This document shows, one piece after another, positions 11,314-23,876 of a DNA stretch of 64,000 nt. The position numbers and the translations under genes are program-made. Origin of the DNA: Azolla caroliniana (taxonomy: Eukaryota; Plantae; Polypodiophyta); contig JBHGNT010000021.1 of the NCBI GenBank assembly GCA_043228905.1, forward strand, positions 11,160,001 through 11,224,000, in the 5' to 3' direction. Below the pieces are notes generated by a model. That model did not search any database and was not told the DNA's origin. It saw only the letters and a list, made by a program, of their open reading frames with translations. Position 1 is the first letter of the stretch; every line of letters begins with the position of its first letter.

Positions 11314-12530
11314 TCAAGTTATCCTAATGGTGATGTATCTTGTCTCTCAAATCTAAAGTCAAGCGTTCAATCTTATCTCAATCTCTCCCTCCATATCAAT
11401 CCCTCTCAATCTATCTTAAATACTTTCTCGGTAAAGCTAGTACAAACCTCGATTCCTTCCGGTCCATAACCCCGGTGGTTTCGCCTCACGATCTGCACAT
11501 AGTTACGGATTTTCACAACATAATTAAGTGGTGAACCCGAGGTTAAAGAGGCGGTGGGAAGTATCAACTCGAGGATCGACCGATACTTGGACAAATCAGG
11601 ATCCCACAGTATATAAGCAGAGCCAGAACTTATTACTTTTTGTCTATGTGTGGAGCACAGAATGTTCAAGGTGACTTGGGCTAAACTATTCGGATGGATG
11701 GATGTGGCTTAACTAATTGTAATGGTTTTGGTGAACCGGACCGTATGGACGGTGACGGAACCGGGACCGGGACCGGATGGATGACGACAGAACCAGAATC
11801 GGAACGAACGGACGACGACGGAATTGGAACCAGATCGGATGCGGATCAAAACGGTTGGGACCGGACAGAGGGGTTGGTCATATAGGTTGATTGCGATGCA
11901 CGGTGTCTTGAAGAGTTTTTGGTGTGAAACGAACAAAATTGTCTAACGGTTCCATCGGTTCATTGGAGGTCAACTGAAGGAGTAATACGTAGTTAAACAT
12001 TTGTAAATACAAGGCTTTAACAGGGTGTAAGTAAGAATTGAACCTTGCACCTTCTATATGAGTGCCACATGACTTACCAGTAAGCTAAGTCATGACTTTA
12101 GAGTTATACTTTTATCATTGTACTTTTCATGTGTAAAATCTCATACATGAGACCTTCGATGAGTGACATGGCAAATGTGCATCGCATGCATTTCATGCAT
12201 TACGTGCATGTCTTGTACCCTCCCATGCATCATATGCATGGGGGTGTTATAAAAGAATGGAGGTCAAGCAAGATGGGACGAATAAAAAAATTGGGAAGAA
12301 ATTAATAATAATAATAATAATAAATCAAGTTATCTTAATGGTGATGTATCTTGTCTCTCAAATCTAGAGTCAAGCGTTCAATGTTATCTCAATCTCCCCT
12401 CCATATCAATCCCTCTCAATCTATCTTAAATACTTTCTCGCTAAAGCTAGTACAAAATTCGATTCCTTCCAGCCCATAACCCCTGCGGTTCCACCTCACG
12501 ATCTGCACATAGTGACGGATTTTCACGACA
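10300..12530 (+). mobile_element. Internally deleted tRNA-Trp-primed LTR element: LTR 10300-11520, PBS, ~50 bp, then a 5'-truncated second LTR 11589-12530
   Basis: Starts T(C)TCGTGAAGATTTTCG, like the LTR at 54296. 10566-11520 is repeated at 11589-12530. PBS TGGTGAACCCGA at 11529-11540. Flanks CCGT/CCAT form a degenerate 4-bp TSD that restores the host codons GGC TCC GTC AAC. Confidence 0.8.
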
Positions 12531-12566
12531 CCATCAACTAGTAGAAGACCTAGTTAATGGCCAAGG

Positions 12567-12665
12567 TGTTAAAGTAAACGTGTGGAAGCGTTTGATAAAC
12601 CGGCTCAGCCAGATAGAAATAGAAGATGAGAAGAAAAAGTTAACACACATAGAGAGTACGTGTAC

Positions 12666-12708
<43 letters not shown>

Positions 12709-12940
12709 CGTAAATTGTATTAAAAAATACTCTAAAAACTCTCTCTATAGAATGTGCTAAACAACACTATTTATATAAGTCCTTAAAGGACTGACAGAAG
12801 TACAGTGTACTTCAATGCTCCTACGAGCGATTGACACTAACTCCCAAAAATATGCCTACGTACTAGGCTGGATCCGTAGGCCTCTAATGGGCTACTAGGT
12901 TCAATCTGATCCGGCTCCTGGTTTTGGATATCATTCAGAC
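12567..12940 (-). repeat. Truncated LTR of the MDRG-gag Copia group, reverse orientation (right end approximate)
   Basis: Similar to 29691-29950 and, reverse-complemented, to the LTRs at 31995 and 63408 (GAGCATTGAAGTACACTGTACTT block); contains (GA)n. Confidence 0.7.
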
Positions 12941-14585
12941 ACCGATCTGAACTTGTGGCATTAGCCAAGATGAAGGATCTAGGACACCCTGGAATGCATA
13001 CTAATTAGTCAACACCATTATGTGTTGAGTATGCTCTTCAAATTCGGAATGACGGAATGCAAATCTGTCTCAACTCCTCTGGACTGAAATGTCAAGCTTC
13101 GCCAATGGTTGGGAGCAACATGTGATGTGACACGGTTCCGGCAGATTGTCTGAAGCCTCATCTACTTGGAGATCACTCAGCCAGACCTCAGGTACCCAGT
13201 CGGCATGATCAATCAATTTATGTCGCAACAGACTATCGAACACCTTCATTCCACGCATAAGATCATGCGATATATCAACAACAATAAAGGTCAGGCGTTG
13301 CTATATCAGACCGATGTAGTCGGCCAACTTGTTGGCTACATAGACGCCGATTGGGCTAGAAATGCCGGCGACCGCAGGTCTACATCCAGTTATGTGGTTT
13401 CACTTGGAAGCACTGCAATCGCCTAGAGCAGCAAAAAGCAGCTGACAATGGCACTGTCGAGCATCGAGGCCGAATATAGAGGAGTGGTTGTCGCGACATG
13501 TGAAGCCATTTGGGTAAAATGGCTATTGAAGGATCTGCGAGTGGAGGTGTCTAATCCGATCGTGATCTATTGCGACAACCTCAACAACATCCAACTTGCG
13601 AAGAACCCCATCTTCCATGCCCAAACTAAGCACATTGAGGTGCACTACCATTTTGTTCGTGAGCTCTCCAATGAAGTGGAACTTCTGCATGTACTGACTG
13701 ATCGGTAGGTTGTTGATATCTTGATGAAACCTCTTGGCCTAGAGAAGTTGCGACATTTTCGTGTATGCTTGGCTTACAACATCTCGACATGCCAAACTTG
13801 AGGGAGAGGAGTGAAGCCGAAAAGGAGGGACACGAAGTCCGGAAAGCCGAATCGGATGAAGAATTCAATTTCAGCACAACTGAAGAAGTTAGAATGACCA
13901 AATTGGCTAGAGAAGCCGAGGATGCATGGGCAGGTGGAAGAGAGAGCCGAAGCTAAACACTAGGGGAGTGGTCGTAAGAGAGAGCCGAAGCTAGAGCCAA
14001 CCGGATTAGGGGGAGAAAGAGCTGAGAGAGGCTGTAAAGTTAGCAGAGTCAAGAAGGACAGAGCTGACCAAAAGAGGAAGGCTAGGACCCACATGGGCAG
14101 ATGTGGTGAAGGGCCCAAAAGAGGACGAATCAAGAGTAGCCAATGTTGGCCGGTCAGAAGAGCAAGGACAAGTGGGAAGGCGGAATCGGATCGGATAATA
14201 GGAAGTAAATAATAGTAGAATTATTATTCGGAGGGACGGATCCGGTACAGTTGTACCGATCCGGATCCGGACCGATTCGGATGTCGGTTGCCTAAGCGCA
14301 CCGATTGTAACCTTGCCGGATGCCTATAAAAGGATCCGATGATTTGTAAAGTGTTGGGACGGAAGTAATACAATAGTAATTATTGCGTGCTTATCTGTAT
14401 CTCGTATTGTTTACCTTCTGTGCTTAATTGTAATCATCTTACGCGTGTAACCTAGCATCCAATCCTTACCACCCCTTTGGAGAAGTGTCGGATAGACACT
14501 TGTGTTGAGGCTAGTCCGGCCAGACAGACAACACTATTTTGGCGACCACGATTCCTGCAAAGTGCAGAGGACAACCGGGGGATGG

Positions 14586-17500
14586 ATGTCTAGACCAAAC
14601 GACGACCACATCACCGAACGAGGGAGACGATACACCGAACGCGAGCAACGACGGGAAGCCCTGCAGCAAGCCGTCGACGAGATCCGGCGGGATCGGTCAT
14701 TCTCCAAAACTCTTCGGAGAGTCGCAGAAGAAGCACTGCAGTTCCGGGTTCTGCAAATCCCCGACAAAGGCAGTAGCATAACAAGCCTGCAAGAGGCGGA
14801 AACGATACTGCAGACGCTCGCCGTGGGCGACGGGGACTCGGAAGCATTCGCAACACTTGAGGCGGAGTCGGAAAGCGACGGAAGCGTTGCATCCCGGTAT
14901 AAAAGCAGCCACGACACACCAAACGACCGGGAGGACGAGGGGTCGGAAGACTCAGTAACACCGGCGCCAGAGGAAGAAAGAACCCTGGAATTCGGTGACC
15001 GGCAACCGCCGAGGAAGGCTGACCGGATACCGACAACAATCGCGAGGGAACCGAGGGAGCGGATACCGACAACACCCGCGGAGGAACCAACGGACCGGAC
15101 ACCGGCAACACCCGCGGAGGAACCAAAGGTTCTCACACCAACGCCAACAGCGGACAGAGAGCGGAGGAAACAGGAGAGTCAGTGGGACGACACGATGCCG
15201 TACCCATACCCAAAGTACCGGGATGAGGCCGACGCGGAGGCACACGTGTACGCATTCCTCCAAACATGGGAAGCCAACCATATCTCCCAAAGACTGACGG
15301 AGCCCGAAGCCGAACGATCTAAAATCGCCGAATTCGGCATAACCTTAGAAGGACCGGTGGCCCAATGGCACGCAAAGCACTTACCGGGCAGCTTTGCCAC
15401 ATTCGATGCCTTGAAGGCCAAATTCCTCAGGTTTTTTAACAAACAATTTGAGCAAAGGGAATTGGTCGGGTAGTTCTACACCACCCGGCAGGAAGAGAAC
15501 GAGACTATGCCACAATTCATCATTCGGTTCCAGACCCTGCACAGCCAACTGACAAGAGCACCGCCCGAAGACGAAGCCAAAGCAGTCTTTCTGGCCGCAC
15601 TGAAAGAGCCACTTCGAACAATGTGTGGAGTTCTTGATTTCCAAACCAACACAATGGACCAAGTTATTGATCGGGTTTTAGAAATGGACAAGACTAGCCC
15701 CTTCTTGTTGATGGGGATGTTACACCGGGCACTCCCAAAGGAGGAAGACCTGAGGTTCCGACAGGCCTTACAATGTACAACATGCCTAAATTCGGGGCAC
15801 TCAACAGTAGACTGCACCCTGCGGACACAATGTGTGATCTGCAACTCTCGAGCCCATACAACGGACCGATGCGAATATAACCTGTTAAATCGGCAGGCAA
15901 CACCGGTTCGACACATAGAACCGCGCAATCAAAACCCGGACGAGGATCGATTCCGGAGAGACGACCGCTACCAACGCGAACGCGGTAACAGATACGCTGA
16001 TAGAAGACGCGACAACTATGACCGAGAGGAGAGACGCAGAGATAGCTACCCCCGGGACCCGTACGACAGAGACGAATCCCCGGAAGACGACCGATGCAGA
16101 GAAGAGAGGCGACAAGGATACGCTGATAGAAGACGCGACAACTATGACCGAGAGGAGAGACGCGAAGATAGCTACCCCCGGGACCGGTACGACCGAGACC
16201 AAGCCCCGGAATACGACCGACGCAGAGAAGAGAGGCGACAAGGGAACCGAAATTTCCGACGGAATCAGGAGCGTGGATTTTTCCGAAGAGAGGAATGTCG
16301 GGAGGCAGCAAGGAATGACAACCCGGTATCGGTACCGGATAACCGAAAAACCGGAGACGACCGCCGGAGCATACCCACCCTCCAAACCGGGGACAAAGGA
16401 GAAACGAGCAACAGTCACAAGGTGTACTGTTATTACTGCCGCAAGGAAGGTCACTATAGTAACCAATGCCCAAGCAAAAGCTATGACAAGCAGCCGGAAG
16501 TCAACATGGTTACAGCCGAAATAACAGAAGTACAGCAGGTCACAACCCGGTCAAAGGGAAAGACCGCCGAGTGGGAAGCCCAGGAGGCAATCAGAAAACA
16601 AGCGACACAATGGATCAAGGAGGCCAATGAACAGAATGCGGCAGAAGTAAGAGACCAAACTATGCCAAAAGACGAAGAAATCATGAAGCCAGGAGAAAAC
16701 CCGACGTAGCAAGCGCTACAGGACTGTCAAATCGTGCTGCCGTTAGCACGACTACTACAGTTAGTGCCACGATTTACGGCAGACCTACAGGCATCCGTCA
16801 GCAAACCGAAGCAGACGCCAACACCGGCATTCTTCTCCAACCCGGAGGAAGGACCAGCGGTGGTCGATACAAGTAGCCCGGCGATCACGACAATCGTGAA
16901 AGGAAAGGAAATTGCTGGAACGATTATTGACGGAGGCTCCGGGGTAAATGTCATCAGCCAACAGACATGCAACGACCTGGGCATCCGAGAATGGGAACCA
17001 TGCCCCTTCTGGTTACGCATGGCGGATACTAGCTCAGTCCGATCGACCGGGCTTATCCGGGATTTGGAAATAACGATCAGAGGCCACGTATTCCGGATAT
17101 CGGCCGTGGTGCTGCAGCTGAATGTACAAGGCGCGTACCCCCTACTGCTAGGACGACCATGGCTGCGAACGGCGCATATCAAGCAGAACTGGCAAAAGAA
17201 CATGATTACATTCCGGCAAGGGAAAACAAAGGTACGAGTAACGACGCAACCACGGGTGATCACCAGTAAGGAAGCAACTCCATTGTATGCGGAAAGCATT
17301 AACATGTTGGAGGGATTACCGGACGAGGAAGTCGAGCGGTACCTCGAGGAGCACCCACGAATCGTCCCACTATTTGAGGTGGATATCACGGCGGCAGTAG
17401 AACCGTACATTACGACGACGGAAGAACCGGACCAAGCGGCGATCCGGGAACTGCGACAAGCGCAGGAATCCCTAGAAAGGGAAATGACGATATCCCAGAG

Positions 17501-20500
17501 GGTAAAAGCATCCCAACTCGAGGAGGTGGACCTCGGCATAGCAGACAAGCCCCGACCGGTAAATGTTGCAAAGGAATTGCCGAAGGAAGAAAAGAAGGCA
17601 ATGGTAGCATTGTTAACAGACTTCAAGGATGTGTTCGCGTGGTCGTACGAAGACATGCGAGGGCTGGACCCCCAGCTCTATCAGCACCAAATTCACCTAA
17701 GTACGGACGCGAAACCGATTGCTCAACGCAGGTACCAGATGAATCCGAATTATGCGGCAAAGGTGAAGGAGGAAATTGATAAGCTCCTCCGGGTCGGATT
17801 TATCCGACCGGTCAAGCAGGCAACCTGGCTGAGTCCGATAGTGGTGGTCCTGAAAAAGAACGGCAAAATCCGGGTATGCGTGGACTACCGAAAACTGAAT
17901 GCCGCAACAGTGACCGATGCGTTTCCACTACCATTTACGGACGGGGTGTTAGATGCGGTAGCCGGGCACGAAGTTTACAGCTTCCTGGATGGATTTAGCG
18001 GCTACAACCAAATACGAATGAACCCAGCCGACCAAGAGAAGACAGCGTTCGTGACGGAATGGGGAGTGTTCGTCGCGGTCGTGATGATGTTCGGACTAAA
18101 GACGGCTCCAGCGACCTTTCAAAGGATAATAATGGAAATTTTCGGGGAATATATCCCCGGTTTTATGCAGGTCTTCCTTGACGATTTCGCGGTCTACAGC
18201 CGGCACGGAGAGCATCTCGATCACCTCCGGCTATGCTTGGAGAAGTGCCGCGAGTACCGATTAAGCCTGAATCCGGCCAAATGCGTCTTTGGAGTGGCAA
18301 GCGGCAACTTGCTAGGGCACGTGGTGAGTAAGGAAGGAATCGCGGTAGATCCGGATAAAGTCAAGGCGATTCTCGATACACTAGCACCAAGTAACGCAAA
18401 GGCTTTAAGCCGGTTCCTGGGCCAAATAAGGTGGCATAGCCGGATGATACGGCACCTCGCGGACTTCGCTACACCGTTACATACCGCCGTACATAGGGTA
18501 CCCTTCCTATGGGCAGAGACGGAGGAGGAATCCTACAAAGCGTTGAAGGTTATGCTGTCGCAAGCTCTGGTGGTGCAACCGCCGGATTGGAGTAAAAGCT
18601 TTCACGTCTTCGTCGACGCGTCGGACGTAGCAATCGGCAGCGTTCTGATGCAACTCACAGAGCCGAAATGGTACCGACCGGTGTACTACGCAAGCCGGAA
18701 ACTTTCAAAAGCCGAACGGAATTACTCTACGACGGAACGCGAGGCATTGGGAATGGTGTATAGTGTCACAAAGTACAGGCACTATCTGCTCGGAAGGAAG
18801 TTTTCCTTCCATGTCGACCATTCGGCACTACTCTACCTGGTCTCGAAGGCATCCCTGACGAGAAAAATTGCACGGTGGACACTGCTACTACAGGAATTTG
18901 AATTCGACATTTTCCACCGACCCGGGGCGCAGCATGCGGTAGCGGACTATCTAAGCAGACTCGAATCCAGAGAAGCAGGGGACGGCGTCCAGGATGAGTT
19001 TCCCGACGCCGAATTGTTCCGGATCACGACGAAACCGGCAACGGATACAACGGTAGCTGACGAAGACACATGGCTAACTGAGATGCATCAGTTCCTGAGC
19101 ACCGGAGTTCCCCCGGAGAACATGGACCGCGATGAAAGGAAAAGGGTAGCAGTAAGAAGTAGACATTTCTGCTTGGTTGGAGACACCCTCTATCACAAGG
19201 GGGCAGATGGCATCTGGAGACGAGCAGTGCGGAGCGATGAGAAGGATCTAATCCTCAGGGAAGCCCACTGTGGAATTGCCGGCGGGCATTATGCCGGCGA
19301 CGCAACCGCTCGGAAAATATGGTAAAGCGGACTATGGTGGCCGACCACCCTAAAAGATGCCGTGAAGTATAGCAGAGAATGCGATTTGTGTCAACGACTG
19401 GGCCAACCCACAGAGCAGGCCCGGATGCCACACCACCCGGTCTTGCCCTTAGAACCGTTTCAAAAGTGGGGGTTGGACTTTGTCGGTCCCTTCAAACCAC
19501 CGGCAATGGGAACCGGAAATCGGTATGTCATAGTGGCGACCGACTATTGCACCAAATGGGTAGAAGCAAAGGCCTTACGGGACAACACGGCTGCGTCCAC
19601 GGCAAAGTTTCTGTACGAATGCATATGGTGCCGGTATGCATGCCCGATCGAGCTTATAAGTGACCAAGGAGGACATTTTCTCGGGCAGGTAGTAGAAAGC
19701 CTGACGTCATTTTACGCGGTGGTACATAAAAAGAGTACTCCCTACTACCCTCAAGCCAATGGACTAGCGGAATCAACGAACAAAACTTTGCAGAACATCC
19801 TACGAAAAATCGTCAACGAGAACCGGACCGACTGGGATACGAAATTGCAAAGCGCGCTATGGGCGTACCGAACAACGTACAAAACCAGCATCCGGACAAC
19901 CCCGTTCCGACTAGCATTCGGGTTAGAAGCGGTCATGCTGGTAGAGTTCCAGATCCCCAGCTTACGGATTTAGGTGAAGCAGCACTTAAGTGAGAACGAG
20001 TCCGAACGAATCCGGCTGGCGACGTTGTTGGAATTAGAGGAGAACCGAATAGCCAGCTTACTACAACTCGAACTGGAGCAAAGGAGGAGAAAAGCCTTCG
20101 TGGACCGACACCGGCGTGGCAATGAAAAGGAGTTCGAGGTCGGGAAACCGGTACTACTATTCCAGACACGGATGGGGAACATGCCGGGAAAGTTGCGGTT
20201 TCGATGGACCGGACCGTTCTGGATCACCAAGGGGTACAATGGGTCGTATCAGCTCGGCACGTTGTCTGGAGATGTCATCGGCAAGTGGGCAAATGGATTT
20301 CGACTAAAGCCGTATAAGGGAAATATGCCAGCCAACCCGTTCAACCAAAACCCGGAAATCCGGCAAGATGAGGAACCGACACCGACACCGACAGACACTG
20401 CTGAAGATATTTGGACCGAGGAAGAACCGACACCGATACTGACGAAGACTATCCCGGAAAACCGACAGAAGGATCCGGTATCCACACGAACCGACCCGAA

Positions 20501-20525
20501 CAAATCGGGGGGGACCAGCAAATGA
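14586..20525 (+). pseudogene. Single-frame gag-pol of the Athila/Tat-like element with four in-frame stops
   Basis: ORFs 14502-15473, 15507-16709, 16734-19325, 19362-19973 and 19974-20525 share one frame. Stops at 15471, 16707, 19323 and 19971. Contains CCHC knuckles, protease IIDGGS, RT, RNase H VFVDAS and integrase GLDFVGP..ISDQG..GLAE. Confidence 0.93.
15991..16243 (+). repeat. In-frame 126-bp (42-aa) tandem duplication in the Arg/Asp-rich gag region
   Basis: GATACGCTGATAGAAGACGCGACAACTATGACCGAGAGGAGAGACGC at 15991 and 16117 (YADRRRDNYDREERR x2). Confidence 0.9.
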
Positions 20526-21002
20526 CGTGGTTCAAGCAAAGGAAAAAAAAAAAAAAAAAAAAAACAAGAAAAAAATAAAATAAAATAAAATAAAAAATGA
20601 CGTGGGCAAAATCGACCCGAATCATCGTAATGATGGGGAGATCACAAGAGGTGGGAGCGCCACCATGCAATGAAGAGGCGCCATGCATTAAAAAAGGACG
20701 TGCGCGTACTTGCTATTTAAAGCATGAAACGTGGGCACTCACACGCGGCAAACAAGAAAGGACATACTAATTATGGCGGGAGAGGAACATGCACGGGAAA
20801 CGAAAAAGGGCGGCTCGAGGCACAACCCACTATATAAGACACAGGCCTGCGAAGGGCTCACGTTTTACGAATTTTCCTACATACAGGCGCAGAAGCACAG
20901 AAGAGCGACCCGACGCACAGAGCACACACAGCGCGATCCCGAACAACAGGCAGCAGAAGAAGAATTCGAAACAATGGTATTGTCGGAAGAGGCACGCAAT
21001 GG

Positions 21003-23876
21003 ATGAGGGAGAACGGGTTAAAAGGATTGCTGCGGATCGCCGACGCTCCACCACACGCAGAACCAGAGCAGGTGGCAGCATCGATCGATATATCAGAAGT
21101 CACGGAAGGAGCAGTGCAGGAGCTCACGGGGATCAAAGCAGGAGGACTTCAAACAATCGAAAACCCTTCCAGTGAAATCCTGTTCGAATATTTCGGGGAA
21201 TACTCTATCAGCAGCAAGGCGTACCGAACGCAGGGCGGAGAGAACCTGCTGTTCGGAGAAGTGGCCCGCGCTATGATGGAATACGGATTCGTGAATCCCC
21301 GCCCCCCAACCATAGCCAAGTACCGGGCAACGTTCTTAATAGCAGCGTACGAGGGCTTACAAATAGACTGGCTCCATTTCATAACCGAAGGGTTGAAGGA
21401 GGCCATCAGAAATCTTGTGGAAAGAAAAAAGCCATGGGCCGGGATAGCACAATGGCTAACGGTGTTAGTCCCACCGGTGCTCCCCATCACACAAAAGAAA
21501 AGAGGTCGGCAGGAGACGACGCCAAAAAAGGTCACAAAGCGCCAACAGATCTTGGAGAAACACACCCCTAGATGGACCCAGCAAGAAGCAGAACAGCAGG
21601 GGGAAGGACCATCCCGACAGCAACAGGAACCGGCAACAAAGGCAAAACCGGCAGGTAAAGGCAAAGGGAAAGTGGCCGAGGAGGAACCGGTAGCGCGCAA
21701 ACCAATCCATATAACGCTGCGATGGCCGGAACCGGAACCAGAGGTCTTTATACAAAAGGTTGGTCTGGTAACCGCACCGGAGGAGGAAACTGAAACAGAA
21801 GACTCATCCGAACCACTGGTAAGACTCCCAGCAAGACAAGGTCGGGAGAAACGGGCGAAAGGACCAGCTCCACCAGTGGACAGAACTCAGCAGAGGGCGC
21901 AAGGACCATCTCCAGTAGCCGAGGCGGAAACAACACCGGAACCCGTACCCAGGGAAGCAGCACCGACACCGGTTGGGCCGGATTCCAGAGAACCGGTCAT
22001 CCTAGAGAAGAAGAAGGAACAAGCGCCGGAGCCGGAGCCAGAGAAGAGGCCGGAAAATCAGCCTGACTTAAGTGAGCAAGGCCACCCCGACACCGGAAGA
22101 ACAAAGCCACAATGGCTGAGATGGCTTTCGGAGCAGTTATCGGGAGTAGCGGACCAGTTAGAGAAAGAAGAAACGTGTAGGCAACAGCTGACGCATACAA
22201 CAACTCAGGAGTTGGTCGCGCTCCGAACACAGATCGAGGAAATGCAAGGGGAGCTGTTGCAGGCAAGGGAAGGAATTCAACAAGCACAAGCTGTCACCGA
22301 GCCGGTCGGGACAACAAGGAAGCAACCAGAACCGGAACCGGAACCGGTAGCCTTGCAAACCGGCCCTGAGACCGAAAAAATAATAGAAACCTTACGAGAG
22401 GAGTTAAAAGCTCAGGAGGCATTAAGGGAAAGAGAAAGGGAGCAGCGGAAAGCGATGGAAGACGACAGACGAAAAATGGAAGAAGGCCTCCGGAAAGGTC
22501 GAGCCGCTAACGACCGACTGCAAGAAGAAAAAGAGAAGCTGCAAAAGGAGAAGGACCGACTACGACGACATGCCGAGCAAGAGATAGAAAGACTGCAGGA
22601 AGAATTCCGACAATAGAAGGACCGGGACGATCGGTTAAGAGCTCAGGCAACCCGACGCCTGAAGCAGAAGACGGAGGACTTCGACCGTCTCTACCGAGAT
22701 CAGAAGCAGGCCGAGTCGGACAACAAAAAATGAGCAGCAGACTACGACCGGCAAATAGAGAAGCTGAAAGAGCAGCTCAAAGAGACCCGATTAGACCTGG
22801 CTAAGGCGATGGATGAGGTCAGTGCCAACAAGGAAGCATTGTCGGCGGAAATAGCCCAAGCAACGGAGAGAAGGAAGGAATTAGAGGCGCTAAGGCGGGA
22901 AAAGCTGGACCTGACCAAGATCAGGAATGAAGAAAAGGAAAAATCGACCTTCACGATCAGCAAACTGCAGAGTACCTATGAAAAGCAGAAAGCAGATTAC
23001 GAGGCCCAGGCTCAGATAATGGCCGACATTATAAAACGGGCAAGGAAGGAAAAGCAGGAAGCTTATGCGCATGCTAAGGCAGGGGTTGACCGGATCAAGC
23101 TCATCATGTCAGGATGGAGTACCCGAGCTCAGGCAAGCATCAATGAAAGTACGGAAAATCTATGGAAGGAGTGGTCACAACAGGCAGCTGAGCTGCAGAC
23201 ACTCCGAGCGGATGCCGAGAATCGGAGGAAGACCAGTGACAAGTTCTACAAGATGGATGAGGAAAGTATCGTCGCCATTCGGGAAGAATTGTCGGAAGAT
23301 TTCTACACTTTAGCGGAAGAACATCTCAAAGAAATCCGAGGGTTGGTAGAGAGGTTGGATGATGGGCAGCTCGCAACTCAATTGGAGTTGGAGAGATACG
23401 AGCAGGACCGGTTACGACAGGAAGCTAAGGGAAGAACGACGCCAACCACTATTGGTGAGGGAACGCGACCGGCTGAAGATGAACCAACCGACACCGAACA
23501 ACCCCGACGAGGAATACCCGAAGACGAACTTGAAGAAGAGCAGGAGCGGACCGATGCCGGAGAAGAAGAAGAGCTGAGACCGGAAGACACCAGAGCAGAG
23601 GAAGGAGGCATATCGAGTCGACCAGTCGAGACCGGAGAAAGCGACACTGGTAACAGAACAGAGCCAGGAACGGAGGGAGAACAGGAAGAACCCGGACGAA
23701 GAGGTGAGGAAGCACCGGCACCACAGAATCAAGCAGAGCCGGAGCAACAAATTTTTACGGAACAGCCCACCCAACCGGAGGTCGGAGACCAGGCAGGCAA
23801 GGAACAGGAACAGGAGGAAGAAGCACCACTTGACACCATCGAGCAGAGTGTGCTTGATATTTTGGAGGAAGACTGA
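21003..23876 (+). pseudogene. Extra sense ORF (~957 codons) between pol and the 3' LTR: globular N-terminus, Pro/Glu linker, long coiled-coil, acidic tail
   Basis: ORFs 21003-22616 and 22809-23876 share a frame, with in-frame stops at 22614 and 22731. TATA-like boxes at ~20714 and ~20832. The likely original ATG at 20974 is one base out of frame. Confidence 0.85.

Noticed and set aside
11123-11356. Poly-Ile ORF
   Set aside because: Translation of an (AAT)n microsatellite inside an LTR.
14534-17656. Long antisense ORFs (14534-15136, 15694-16473, 16727-17656)
   Set aside because: Shadow frames of GC-rich gag-pol with no independent motifs.
21003-23876. True retroviral env gene
   Set aside because: It occupies the env position, but no signal peptide, fusion peptide or transmembrane segment is evident.
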